A DNA stretch of 47,689 bases from assembly GCF_006345805.1 (NCBI RefSeq), contig NW_021834525.1:1-47689 (forward strand). The letters are read 5' to 3'. The notes under the pieces are model-generated. The model worked only from the letters and a program-made list of their open reading frames with translations, was not told where the DNA came from and did not search any database. Both the position numbers and the translations under genes were made by a program. Source of the DNA: Octopus sinensis. Its lineage: Eukaryota. Of the stretch, positions 23,385 through 35,376 are shown piece by piece. How positions within the stretch are numbered: the first letter of the stretch is position 1; each line of letters opens with the position of its first letter.

Positions 23385-23830
23385 CAGGCGCAGGAGTGGC
23401 TGTGTGGTAAGTAGCTTGCTTGTGAACCACTTGGTTCAGGGTTCAGTCCCACTGCGTGGCATCTTGGGCAAGTGTCTTCTGCTATAGCCCCGGGCTGACC
23501 AAAGCCTTGTGAGTGGATTTGGTAGACGGAAACTGAAAGAAGCCCGTTGTATATATATATATGTGTGTGTGTGTGTGGTGTGTAAGTATATATATATATC
23601 TATGTATGTACGTATGTATGTACGTGTGTGTATATATTTGTGTGTCTGTGTTTGTCCCCCAACATCGCGTGACAACCGATGCTGGTGTGCTTACGTCCCC
23701 GTAACTTAGCGGTTCGGCAAAAGAGATCCGATAAAATAAGTACTAGGCTTACCAAAGAACAAGTCCTGGGGGTCGATTATTAGCTCGACTCGAATGCGGT
23801 GCTCCAGCATGGCCACCACAGTCAAATGAG
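23385..23830 (+). mobile_element. SINE-A
   Basis: Homology. Confidence 0.9.
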
Positions 23831-24387
23831 GGAAACACCCAAAATAGTAAAAATAGTTTAAAAAAACCAGTAAAACAGACGACCACGCACACCCACACAC
23901 ACACACGCATGTAGTATGTTCCGAGTTTCGAGTTACAAAGGGTAGAGTTTGCTCCTGCGCATCTGAGATTTCGCATAAGAAACATAAGAAGCTGCAAAAG
24001 TTTTCTTCATCCTTTTCTATAAAACCGTGTCAGGCTGAGTACTGTAGCTTGTGTTATTAGTATTAAAAAAAAAAAGTGTGCATATGATGTACCAGAACGT
24101 TTGCTGGCATCAGAGCTTCCCTACTTTTTTTTTTCTTCTTGCCTATGGACCCACCCCTCAGATTCCAATTTTGCTCCACTGGACCCCCAGAGCTATTTGA
24201 AGTTTTTTGTTTTTTTTAAATAACATTTCTGTAACTGAATTTTATTAGGAACTCTATTTAAAAAAAATTGTTAAAATGTTTTGTTTTGTAGAAGTAAAAC
24301 TAATTCATTGCACAAATTTTCACAACTAAATCTTGTATGGATCTCCAAAGAGCCATGCGGACCCTAGTCGAGAAGGCCTGGCCCACA

Positions 24388-24455
<68 letters not shown>

Positions 24456-24586
24456 CTCTTGGAGATCCATACAAGATTTAGTTGTGAAAATATGTGCAAT
24501 GAATTAGGTGGTTTAATAAAGTATGTGATTGGGTATTATCTGGTAGTTGATATTTGATTTGGATGTATTTCCATTTTCTTATTTTG

Positions 24587-24634
<48 letters not shown>

Positions 24635-24636
<2 letters not shown>

Positions 24637-24825
24637 AGAGTTTACGAAAAAACAACAACAAAAGACGAAGACAGGTGGTGTACAAAACAAACAGATGTAT
24701 TAGTTATAACGCTCAGGAATAGAAAAAGTCTTTCACATTCGAGCCTACACTCTTCCACAGAAAGGGACACAGAAAAAACAAGGAGAGAGAAAAAATGTGT
24801 GTAGTGGCTAACGATCTATCATATA
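24635..24825 (-). mobile_element. (TA)n-embedded small element with a decayed hammerhead-like motif (24730-24764)
   Basis: Minus: CUUU CUGUGGA A GAGU GUAG GCUC GAAUGUG AAAG; flanked by (TA)n on both sides. Confidence 0.4.
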
Positions 24826-24877
24826 TATTATATATATATAATATATATATATATTATATATATAATATATATATATA

Positions 24878-24928
<51 letters not shown>

Positions 24929-25434
24929 GTTTGTTTGTATGTATGTATGTTTGAATGTTTGTAAGCATGATGTTATAGAAGTCAACAAGCATTAAGGAAT
25001 CTCATTAAGAATGAAGAGTGAAATATTTACTTCATAATGAGTATAACATGCCTGCGTGTGTGTGTGTATGCGTGTGTATGTGTGTAACCGTATGTGTGTT
25101 TGTGAGTGCGTGTGCGCGACAATTACATACACACACACGCTTACAAATACATGAAATGATGTATTTATATAGTCACAGACACACGTACATAGTATAACAC
25201 ACACACAGGTCCGTGCAAACTTAGTATTTAGCTAGGGACAGAAGTGAAATACAAGACCCCATATTTCAAACTGCTCATTAGGTATTTTCGTCACCAGTAA
25301 TCAGTACACACACATACAGACACAGACACAGACACACACACGTTCCCCCTCAAGTACAAAGCGAATATAGTTATAACGGTCTATCTAATTAAGTATACAT
25401 ACTTGACCAACACATATAAGCAGATATATTATAT

Positions 25435-25481
<47 letters not shown>

Positions 25482-26085
25482 TATACACACACGCATACAC
25501 ATGTTTACATACACACATATATATATACACACTACATACATAAACATACAAATATGAACATATATGAATATATAAGTATACACACATATGTGCACACAAG
25601 CACACGTCATCTCTCTCCTCTATATATCCTATATATATATATATATATATATATACATACACATATATATATATATACATACATATATATACATACTATA
25701 GATATTATACATATATATATACATACATATATATACATATACACAGATATATACATACATATATATATACATATACACACATACAATACTATAATACATA
25801 TAACATACATATATATATATTATTATACATACATACAGATACATACATACATACAGATACATACATACATACACAGATACATACATATATACATATAATA
25901 TATATATATAGATATATATATATATATATATTATTCAAAGAAATTCCAACTCTGTTTTTTAATGTTTATTTATATTCTCTATAATAATATTAATGTAGAA
26001 ATAGAATATATAGTATAAATAATATATATATAGTAAAATGAAATGAAGTCTTATTGAATAGATGAAATATTGAATATAAAATATT

Positions 26086-26133
26086 AAGGGACTAGTAAAC
26101 TTTCTTGCATTAAAGCAGTCTTCAGGTCCCAAG
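26086..26133 (-). ncRNA. Candidate type I hammerhead ribozyme
   Basis: GGGAC CUGAAGA CUGC UUUAAU GCAA GAA AGU UU ACU A GUCCC: perfect 5 bp stem I, intact core, CUA cleavage triplet; C-A mismatch closes stem II. Confidence 0.5.
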
Positions 26134-26332
26134 CTGTGACAGGAGTGTTATATTATATATAATATATATATATATATTTTATTTTATAGAAGGAGCTTCT
26201 ACAGGACTAGAACTGTTTCATTCAAAAAATATACGTTTTTTTTTAATGAAACAGTTCTAGTCCTGTAGAAGCTCCTATAAAATAAATTAATTTACTGTGG
26301 TTAACCCCGAACTCAACCCGGGACCTACATAT

Positions 26333-26375
<43 letters not shown>

Positions 26376-26989
26376 CATACATACACCCATAGGCATATAA
26401 AGATGGAACCTGTATATATATTTCTGCTTGCATAAGCCTTTAAAGCCAGTCAGAATATGATACTTTAGTCGACTTAAGTCTTAAACCTCCAACACACCAA
26501 CACACACACTTTCTCACACCATACAAATATATTTATATATACCATAGAGACAAACCTATGTATATACATATCTAATATATTATATATATATATATATATA
26601 TATTAATGTATATGTATATGTATATACATAGGTTTGTGTCTATGGTATATATATATAAAAGAGCAATACATACACACACACACACTCAAACACACATGGA
26701 CACCCGATATACACACATATTTCTACGCATGTGTATGAACATAACAGCTACTCAAGGGAAATACGGGTGTTAGGTTTTTATCAAGGGTGGGGGCAAGGCG
26801 GACCAAGGCTGACTTTGTTTTTGCAGTTAAGCCTGGGTAAGCTACGCAGACAGGGTAGAATGTAGTTTTTGTAAGATATGTAGCTAAGGAAAGCAAAAAA
26901 CGGGTGGATACTCGGGTTAGGTGGGAAGGAGAGAAGGGTGTGTGTGGGTGTAGACAGCGTGAACATCCAAATATAACAAAAATTTCAGA

Positions 26990-27028
26990 GATATGTCTAT
27001 CTATCTATCTGCCTATCTATCTATCTGC

Positions 27029-27063
<35 letters not shown>

Positions 27064-27145
27064 CTATCTACCTACCTATCTATCTATCTATCTACCTACC
27101 AACCTACCTACCTACCTACCTACATACCACCTACCTATCTATCTT

Positions 27146-27241
<96 letters not shown>

Positions 27242-27440
27242 CCTACCTACCTACCTACCTACCTACCTACCTATCTACGTACCTACCTACCTACCTACCT
27301 ATCTATCTTTTTAAGAAAAGCTCTACCTTGTAATTTGTCCCGTGTGTGCAGCCCTGTGTGGCTAACAAAGAAACATATCTATCTTTTTATACATATTCAC
27401 AGACATATATCTATATGTATGTATATAGATAGATAGATAT

Positions 27441-27486
<46 letters not shown>

Positions 27487-27490
27487 GGGC
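26990..27490. repeat. (TCTA/CCTA)n then (TAGA)n microsatellites
   Basis: Direct inspection. Confidence 0.95.
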
Positions 27491-28328
27491 AGAGAGGCAG
27501 ATTAGATGGATGGGTAAGTGGGTGGGTGGATAGATAGACAGACAAACAAACAGAAAGATAGAAAAATGGACAGGCTAAACTTTAGACTATCCATTTTTCT
27601 TTAGACTCTGAAGTGTTTTATGTATTTCGAGTAAGCAACGACAGGTGCTGCGCAAAAATAAAGACAGACAGACAGGTAGACAGATAGCTAGATAAGAGTA
27701 GGTAGGTAGGTAGGTGTAGGTAGATAGATAGATAAATAGATAGATAGATAGGTAAATAGATAGGTAGGTAGGTAGGTAGATAAACAGATAATAGATCTAT
27801 ATATATTATACATGGACGCAAATACTGAAACATTTGCGTGTATATTACATAATTGAATTTCAGGTGAAATCAAGGTATTAAGTTTACTGAAGAATAAATA
27901 AATGTGCTAGGACGATTATTTTGCTTTTCTTTTAAACAAAAGCAAATAGTAGACTTGTACATAAAGGTACATACCAACACATATATGTAATATCTCTCTC
28001 TCTCCACACACATATATATATATATATATATTGGTAGGTAGGTAGATAAATTAATATACATATATATGCAGTTCATACATGCAAGATGTAAGTGTATGTA
28101 AATTAGAGATGTATTATATATATATATATATATACTATATGTATATGTAATATAATATATATAAATTATACACATAGGGAATCTACACCTAGGGTGAAGA
28201 TACCCTAGGTGTAGATTCCTTATGTGTATAATTAATAGGCTTTTTGACAAATTTTTTGCACGTTAGACCACTGGAAATGTAAATTTTGATTGAATATTTG
28301 TAAATTTAATTAAATTTCATTCCCTTTT

Positions 28329-28386
<58 letters not shown>

Positions 28387-28869
28387 CTATATATATCTAC
28401 CATCCATCCATCCATGTGTATGTATATATAATATATATATATATATATATTTTGGGTGTGACATGTTGAACCACTCAAACTTTTTTTAATATTAAGAAGT
28501 AATTTTCAGTTTTTTTTGGTTCAATATATTCTGAGCTAGCTGGCTACATACATACATATATATATATACATATATACACGTGCGTGTGTGTGTGTTTATG
28601 ACTAATATGACTAATCAGGTATAAAGTTTATCACGGGGAAGCCGACAGACTTGCCTTTTTTTTTCTTTTTTTAAAGCAAGGCTGGGCTGGCAGCTTTGCA
28701 GTTAGACGGACAGGTAGGTAGATAGCAGGTAGGTTGGCAGGTTGGTAGTTACTCAGATTGGTAGATAAGATAGTAATAGTTATTGCACATGCTTTATATC
28801 CAGTGAGATAGCAAAAATAAAGAATTTGGGGAGCTTTATATACATATGTACATACTACAATACATACAC

Positions 28870-29490
28870 ATAGACATATATATATTATAACATATATATA
28901 TGTATATAACATATATAATATAATATATATATATAACATATATATATATAATATATATATATAACATATATATTAACATATATATACAACATATATATAC
29001 AACATATATATATATATATACAACATATATATATATATATACAACATATATATATTATACAACATATATATATATATATACAACATATATATATATATAT
29101 AACAAATATATATATATAACATATATTATATATACAACATATATATATATTACAACATATATTATACAACATATATATATATAACATATATAATATATAT
29201 ATACAAATATATGATATATATATATAATATATATATATAATATATATATATATAATATATAATAACATTATATATATATAATATATATAACATATATATA
29301 TATATAACATATATATATATATATAATACAACATATATATATAATACAACATATATATATATAACATATATATATAACATATATATATATATATACATAT
29401 ATCTATATTAACATATATATATATATATATACACATATATATATATAATACATATAATATATATAGATAATATATATAATACACACGCAC
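28870..29490. repeat. (TA)n / (ATATATAAC)-type simple repeat
   Basis: Direct inspection. Confidence 0.95.
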
Positions 29491-29775
29491 ACGCAAACAT
29501 ATATAGAGGTGTTTGTATGTGTGTATTCATTGAGTTTTAGTCACTAGACTGCGCCCATGATGGGGCACCGTCTTGAAGGGTTTAAAGAAACGAATCGACC
29601 GCAGTACATAAGTATGTATGCATCCCTTTGATATATTTCAGCCGTAGGGCTGTGGCCATGCTGGGGCACCACCTACAAACAAATATACATACATACATAC
29701 ATACACAATCGGATAAGAGCAGACAGGTTGAATAAATAAATAAAATAAATTGTTTAAAAGGTCAGCATGTCTTAC

Positions 29776-31682
29776 CTTCTGTCTTTTCTGAGTGGGCTGC
29801 CACTCCTACCTTGACCACCACCACTGCTATTCAACATGTTGCTGATGTTGCTGATATTGCTGCTGTTGATGATGATGCTGCTTGTTTTGCTCTTTTCCTG
29901 ACCACTACCACTACTACTAACACTAACGTTGCCATTAGCAATAGTAGTGGTAGTAATTGTAGCACTGGTCGATTCTGTAGTGGTCGCCTTGGAAGCATCA
30001 TCATCATCATCATTAATAGTAGTAGTAGTGGTGGTGGTGGGGGGTGTCGTACTACTACTAGCGGTAGCAACACCACTAATAGTAGTACTACTAGTGGTAG
30101 TGGTGGTAGTATCATCGCTTCCAGTATCGGTAGTGGTTGTAGTGGTAGAATTAGTGGTTGTAATTTCCTCCAAAACGCTTGGTGAGTCCTCCGTGATGAC
30201 ATTCACCGTCTCGTCGATGCGGACCGACTTGCGACCGGGTGTCTGTCGGTCCGGGGTTCGAATCCAGTCGTCGCCGGTCTCTTCGATGCAGACGACATCG
30301 CGTAGACTTTCGCCCTTTTCCGTCTCTTTTTTTCCAAATCCTCCTTCTTCTTCTTCTTTCGCAATTTTCGTTCCCACTTCTACCCATTCTTTCACGACCT
30401 CTTCTACTTGTTTTTCTTTCACGGCCGCCGCCTGCCTGACTTCTGCTTCTCGCTCTTTCACCATTGTCGTCGCCGGTTCGATCTCGACTCCCAGTCCACC
30501 GCTTGTCGTCGTCGTCATCATCATCTCGTCGACACCGCCAACACCAACTCCTACACTATCGCCTTGAACTTCGACCTCCATGAGTCCTCCACCCGATTCC
30601 AAAACACCCGCCGCCGTCGATGACGACGACACCGTCGCCGCCGCCGATGCCGCCGCCTCCGCCATCGCCTCTTCCATCGCCGCTTCCACCACCGCCGCCG
30701 CCGTCTCCGTCTTCTTCATCATTTCAGCCGGTGACGGCTGTTGTTCTTGTAGTTGTTCTTGTTCTTCTTCTATCGGTCGTCTTACCGCTTCTATTATTTC
30801 TTCTTTTTCTTCCACTGTTATCTCTGACGTTGTTGAACTTATTGCTGTTGTTGTTGTGGTCGTTGCTCTGAAGTCATTAACCCCGTCTTCAACAACACCG
30901 ACAACGGCTTCCCCAACGCCTCCTCCATAAGCTTGTAGGTCGTTCGGCGCGAAATCGTCAAGCTTATTGTGAAGGCGGCGGAGATCGTCATCATCATCAT
31001 CACCAGCATCAACATCATTAGCAGCATGAGCGTCAAAAACACCGTGATCACCGCCACCGCCACCACCATAACCAACATCGTTATCATTGTTATTATGATA
31101 ATCGTGTTGTTCTCGTTGCTGGAGGTGGTCGTGGAGGTCAGCCGGTGGTGTTGGCGACGGCGGGGCCGGAAGTTGGGGTTCGACATGGTTCACTTCTACG
31201 TCCACCGCTTTTTCTCTCACTACTTCTTCCACTTTCTCCCGGTCCTCCGTCGTCATCGGCGACGGGGTCACCACCAACTCCTCCTGCGCTGCCACCTCCT
31301 CCACCGCCGGCGCCACGGTCTCCACTACCGCCGTCGCCGCCGCAGTCTCCATCGCCAGAGCCTTTTCTTCCACCACTTCTCCTTTTCCGACTCCCTCTCC
31401 ATCCTCCTCCGCCTCCTTCTTGATGCTGTTCTTGTTCTTGTTCTTCTTCTTCCTCTTCTTCTTCTTCTCCGCTCCGGCCACCGGTTTCGAATCCACGCCG
31501 TCCTGTTGCTGCTTCTTCAGCAAACACATCGAGGCATCATCGTTGTCGTCGTCCTCGCCTTCAATCACCTCCGAAACATTATTAAACTCGTCACTATTAT
31601 TATTGTTAATACTCGTGCTTAGGGCATTGTTGGTGATGTCGTCCGGCGGCAACAAACTCGTAACTTCGCTGCTATCCTCCAT
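29776..31682 (-). CDS. Large coding exon (~635 codons): acidic, low-complexity, probably disordered N-terminus of an unidentified protein; continues in downstream exons
   Basis: 1.9 kb open frame in a GC/CpG-rich island; ATG in strong Kozak context (AAGATGG); ends AGAAG|GTAAGA, a canonical phase-2 donor whose GTAA supplies the apparent stop; non-repetitive stretches such as DDWIRTPDRQTPGRKSVRIDETVNVITEDSPS. Confidence 0.8.
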
Positions 31683-32150
31683 CTTAAAACAACTGAGACT
31701 TCTTTTCTCTTCTCTCCTTCCTTCCTTCCTTCTCTCTTATCTTCCTCTCTTTTATCTTTTTCTCTCTTCTCTCTTTATCTACACGCTATCCTCTACACCA
31801 AAGTTTTCATTCACTTCTTGCTAGCTGCTGCTGTTGGCCTCTACTACCGACAAGTTACAACTGCTGCTGATTACTCTAGCTGCTGCTGCTGCTGCCGGCC
31901 GCCTCCCTCTCCCCCCCTTCTCTCGTTCTCATTACTAGTACTTCTAATTCTACCACTACTACTACTCGCACTGCTGCTGCTGCTCCTCCTGATGATGATC
32001 CTGAACTGTTACCGCTTATACTTTCACTATGTCGCTACTGCTGCTTGTTGAGTGTGAGTGTGGGTATGTGCGCATGTGTTGCGGGTGTAAAATTTTGTTG
32101 TTTGCGGCGGCGATGGTGGAAGGGGTGGTGTTACAACGGTATGCACGTGT
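31683..32150 (-). promoter_or_regulatory. Probable 5' UTR / promoter region of the minus-strand gene
   Basis: Purine-rich tract, (CAG)n/(TAG)n repeats and CpG-rich sequence immediately upstream of the ATG; TSS not determinable. Confidence 0.35.
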
Positions 32151-32159
32151 GTGTGGTAC

Positions 32160-32206
<47 letters not shown>

Positions 32207-32299
32207 TAATATTATATATATATATATATATGGGTTGTTGGTGTGAATGGGGTATGTGTAATGTCTGTGTGGTATATATATATGTATGTTGGTGTGAAA

Positions 32300-33370
32300 G
32301 GCGGCGAGCTGGCAGAAAACGTTTAAGCACGCCGGGTGAAATGCGTAGCCGTATTTCGTCTGCCGTTACGTTCCGAGTTCAAATTCCGCCGAGGTCGACT
32401 TTGCCATTCATCCTTTCGGGGTCAATAAATTAAGTACCAGTCCACGCACTGGGGTCGCTGTAATTGACATAATCTGTTTGTCTGTCCTTGTTGTCCCTCT
32501 GTGTTTAGTCCCTTGTAGGTATAAAGAAATAAACGTTAGCACGCCGGGCGAAATGCGTAGTTCAAATTCCGCCGAGGTCGACTTAACCTTTCATCCTTTC
32601 GGGGTCGATAAATAGTACCAGTTACGCACTGGGGGTTGATATAATCGACTTAATCCCTTTGTCCTGTCCTTGTTTGTCCCCCCTCTGTGTTTTAGCCCCT
32701 TGTGGGTAATAAGAATAAGAAACGTTAGCACGCCGGGCGAAATGCGTAGCCGTATTTCATCTGCCGTTACGTTCTGAGTTCATATTCCGCCGAGGTCGAC
32801 TTTGCCTTTCATCCTTTCGGGGTCGATAAATAAAGTACCAGTTACGACACTGGGACGATATAATCGACCTAATCCCTTTGTCTGTCCTTGTTTGTCCCGT
32901 CTGTGTTTAGCCCCTTGTGGGTAATAAAGAAATAAGAAACGTTAGCACGACGGGCGAAATGCGTAGTTCAAATTCCGCCGAGGTCGACTTTACCTTTCAT
33001 CCTTTCGGGGTCGATAAATAAAGTACCAGTTACGCACTGGGGGTTGATATAATCGACTTAATCCCTTTGTCTGTCCTTGTTTGTTCCCTCTGTGATTAGC
33101 CCCTTGTGGGCAATAAAGGAATAAGAAACGTTAGCATGCCGGGCGAAATGCGTAGCCGTATTTCGTCTACCGTTACGTTCTGAGTTCAAATTCCGCCGAG
33201 GTCGACTTTGCCTTTCATCCTTTCGGGGTCGATAAATTAAGTACCAGTTACGCACAGGTGTCGATATAATCGACTTAATCCCTTTCGGAGTCGATGTAAG
33301 CGACTTAATACCTATGTCTGTCCTAGTTTGTCCCGTCTGTGTTTAGCCGCTTGTGGGTTGTAAAGAAATA
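32300..33370 (+). mobile_element. SINE-B tandem array (5-6 units) with alternating full and deleted units
   Basis: Units 2 and 4 share the GAAATGCGTAG|TTCAAATTCC deletion and GGGGGTTGATATA. Confidence 0.9.
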
Positions 33371-33639
33371 TATAAGTATGTTGGTGTGAATGGGTATGTG
33401 TATGTGTGGGGGAAAGAGAAAGATATTGTGTATGTGTGCCTGTATGGGCTTAAAGATTTTTTGCGATGTTATGACGGTATGCACGTGTATGTATGTATGT
33501 ATTGATGGGAGTATGTGTGGGTGAAAGAGAGAGAGAGATTGGGTATATATGTATATATATATATATATATATGTGTGTGTGGTGTGTGTGTGTGTGGTGT
33601 GTGTGTGTGTGTGTGTGCATGTCGGGTTTAAGCTGTTGG

Positions 33640-34215
33640 CGGTGTTATGACGGTATATATATATGTATATTATTATGTATGTATGTATGTTGTATATATG
33701 TATGTAAGTATGTATAGATGTATGTATTATGTATGTATATATGTATGTATATATGTATGTATATATGTATGTATATATGTATGTATGTATATATGTATGT
33801 ATATATGTATGTATATATGTATGTATGTATGTATATATGTATGTATGTATATATGTATGTATGTATATATGTATGTATATATGTATATATGTATGTATGT
33901 CTGTATGTATGTATGTATATATATATGTATGCATATATGTATGTATGTATGTATATATGTATGTATGTATGTATGTATATATGTATGTATATATGTATGT
34001 ATATATGTATGTATGTATATATGTATGTATGTATATATGTATGTGTATATGTATGTATGTATATATGTATGTATGTATTTATGTATGTATGTATATATGT
34101 ATGTGTATATGTATGTATGTATATATGTATGTATGTATATATGTATGTATGTATATATGTATGTGTATATGTATGTATGTATATATGTATGTATGTATTT
34201 ATGTATGTATGTATT
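33640..34215. repeat. (TATG/TATATG)n microsatellite
   Basis: Direct inspection. Confidence 0.95.
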
Positions 34216-34225
34216 GGTGCGAGTA

Positions 34226-34256
<31 letters not shown>

Positions 34257-34437
34257 TTGGGTATATACTCTTTTATGTACACTTTTTTTATGTACATTCC
34301 TTTATGTACACTGATTTGTCCTACTTTTTATGTTTAACCCTACAGTCTCTTATGTGGTGGTTTAATAAAGTATGTGATTGGAGTATTATCTGGTAATTGA
34401 TATTTGATTTAGATGTATTCTCCATTTTCTTATCTTG

Positions 34438-34468
<31 letters not shown>

Positions 34469-34707
34469 ATATATGTGTACATGTACGGGTTTAAGCTATT
34501 GGCGGTGTTATGACGGTATGCGCGTGTATATTACGTATGTTGGCGGTGGTGTTGGGGTAAGCGTATACGCGTGTGTTTGAGAGAGTGCGGATGTGTATGA
34601 GTTAAGGTATGCGCGCATGTGTTGGTGTACGATGTTGGCGTTAGTGGTGGTGGCATTGTGAAGTCATGCACGTGTGTGTCGATGGTGTTGGAGTGTGTGC
34701 GTGCGCG

Positions 34708-34756
<49 letters not shown>

Positions 34757-34877
34757 ATGGATGGATGTATGTTTCAGTATGGCCGAGTGGTTAAAAAGTT
34801 CGCTACACAATTACGAGCTCCCGGGTTCGTTCCGACCATGTGGTAACTTTTTTTTTTTACTATTATATTACTATGAA

Positions 34878-35325
34878 GGCGGTGAGCTGGCAGAAACGTT
34901 AGCACGCCGGGCGAAAGGCGTAGCCGTATTTCGTCTGCCGTTACGTTTTGAGTTCAAATTCCGCCGAGGTCGACTTTGCCTTTCATCCTTTCGGGGTCGA
35001 TAAATCAAGTACCAGTTACGCACTGGGGTCGATATAATCGACTTAATCCCTTTGTCTGTCCTTGTTTGTCCCCTCTGTGATTAGCCCCTTGTGGGCAATA
35101 AAGAAATAAGAAACGTTAGCACGCCGGGCGAAATGCGTAGCCGTATTTCGTCTGCCGTTACGTTCTGAGTTCAAATTCCGCCGAGGTCGACTTTGCCTTT
35201 CATCCTTTCAGGGTCGATAAATAAAGTACCAGTTACGCACTGGGGTCGAAGTAATCGACTTAATCCGTTTGTCTGTCCTTGTTTGTCCCCTCTATGTTTA
35301 GCCCCTTGTGGATAGTAAAGAAATA
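34878..35325 (+). mobile_element. SINE-B dimer
   Basis: Homology. Confidence 0.9.
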
Positions 35326-35376
35326 TATATTACTATTAATGCGGCGAACTGGGAGAGTCGTTAGCACGTTCCTGCT

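Noticed and set aside
29811-31824. Plus-strand and alternative-frame ORFs overlapping the large exon
   Set aside because: Shadow frames of a GC-rich, trinucleotide-repeat coding region; only the 636 aa frame has start and splice support.
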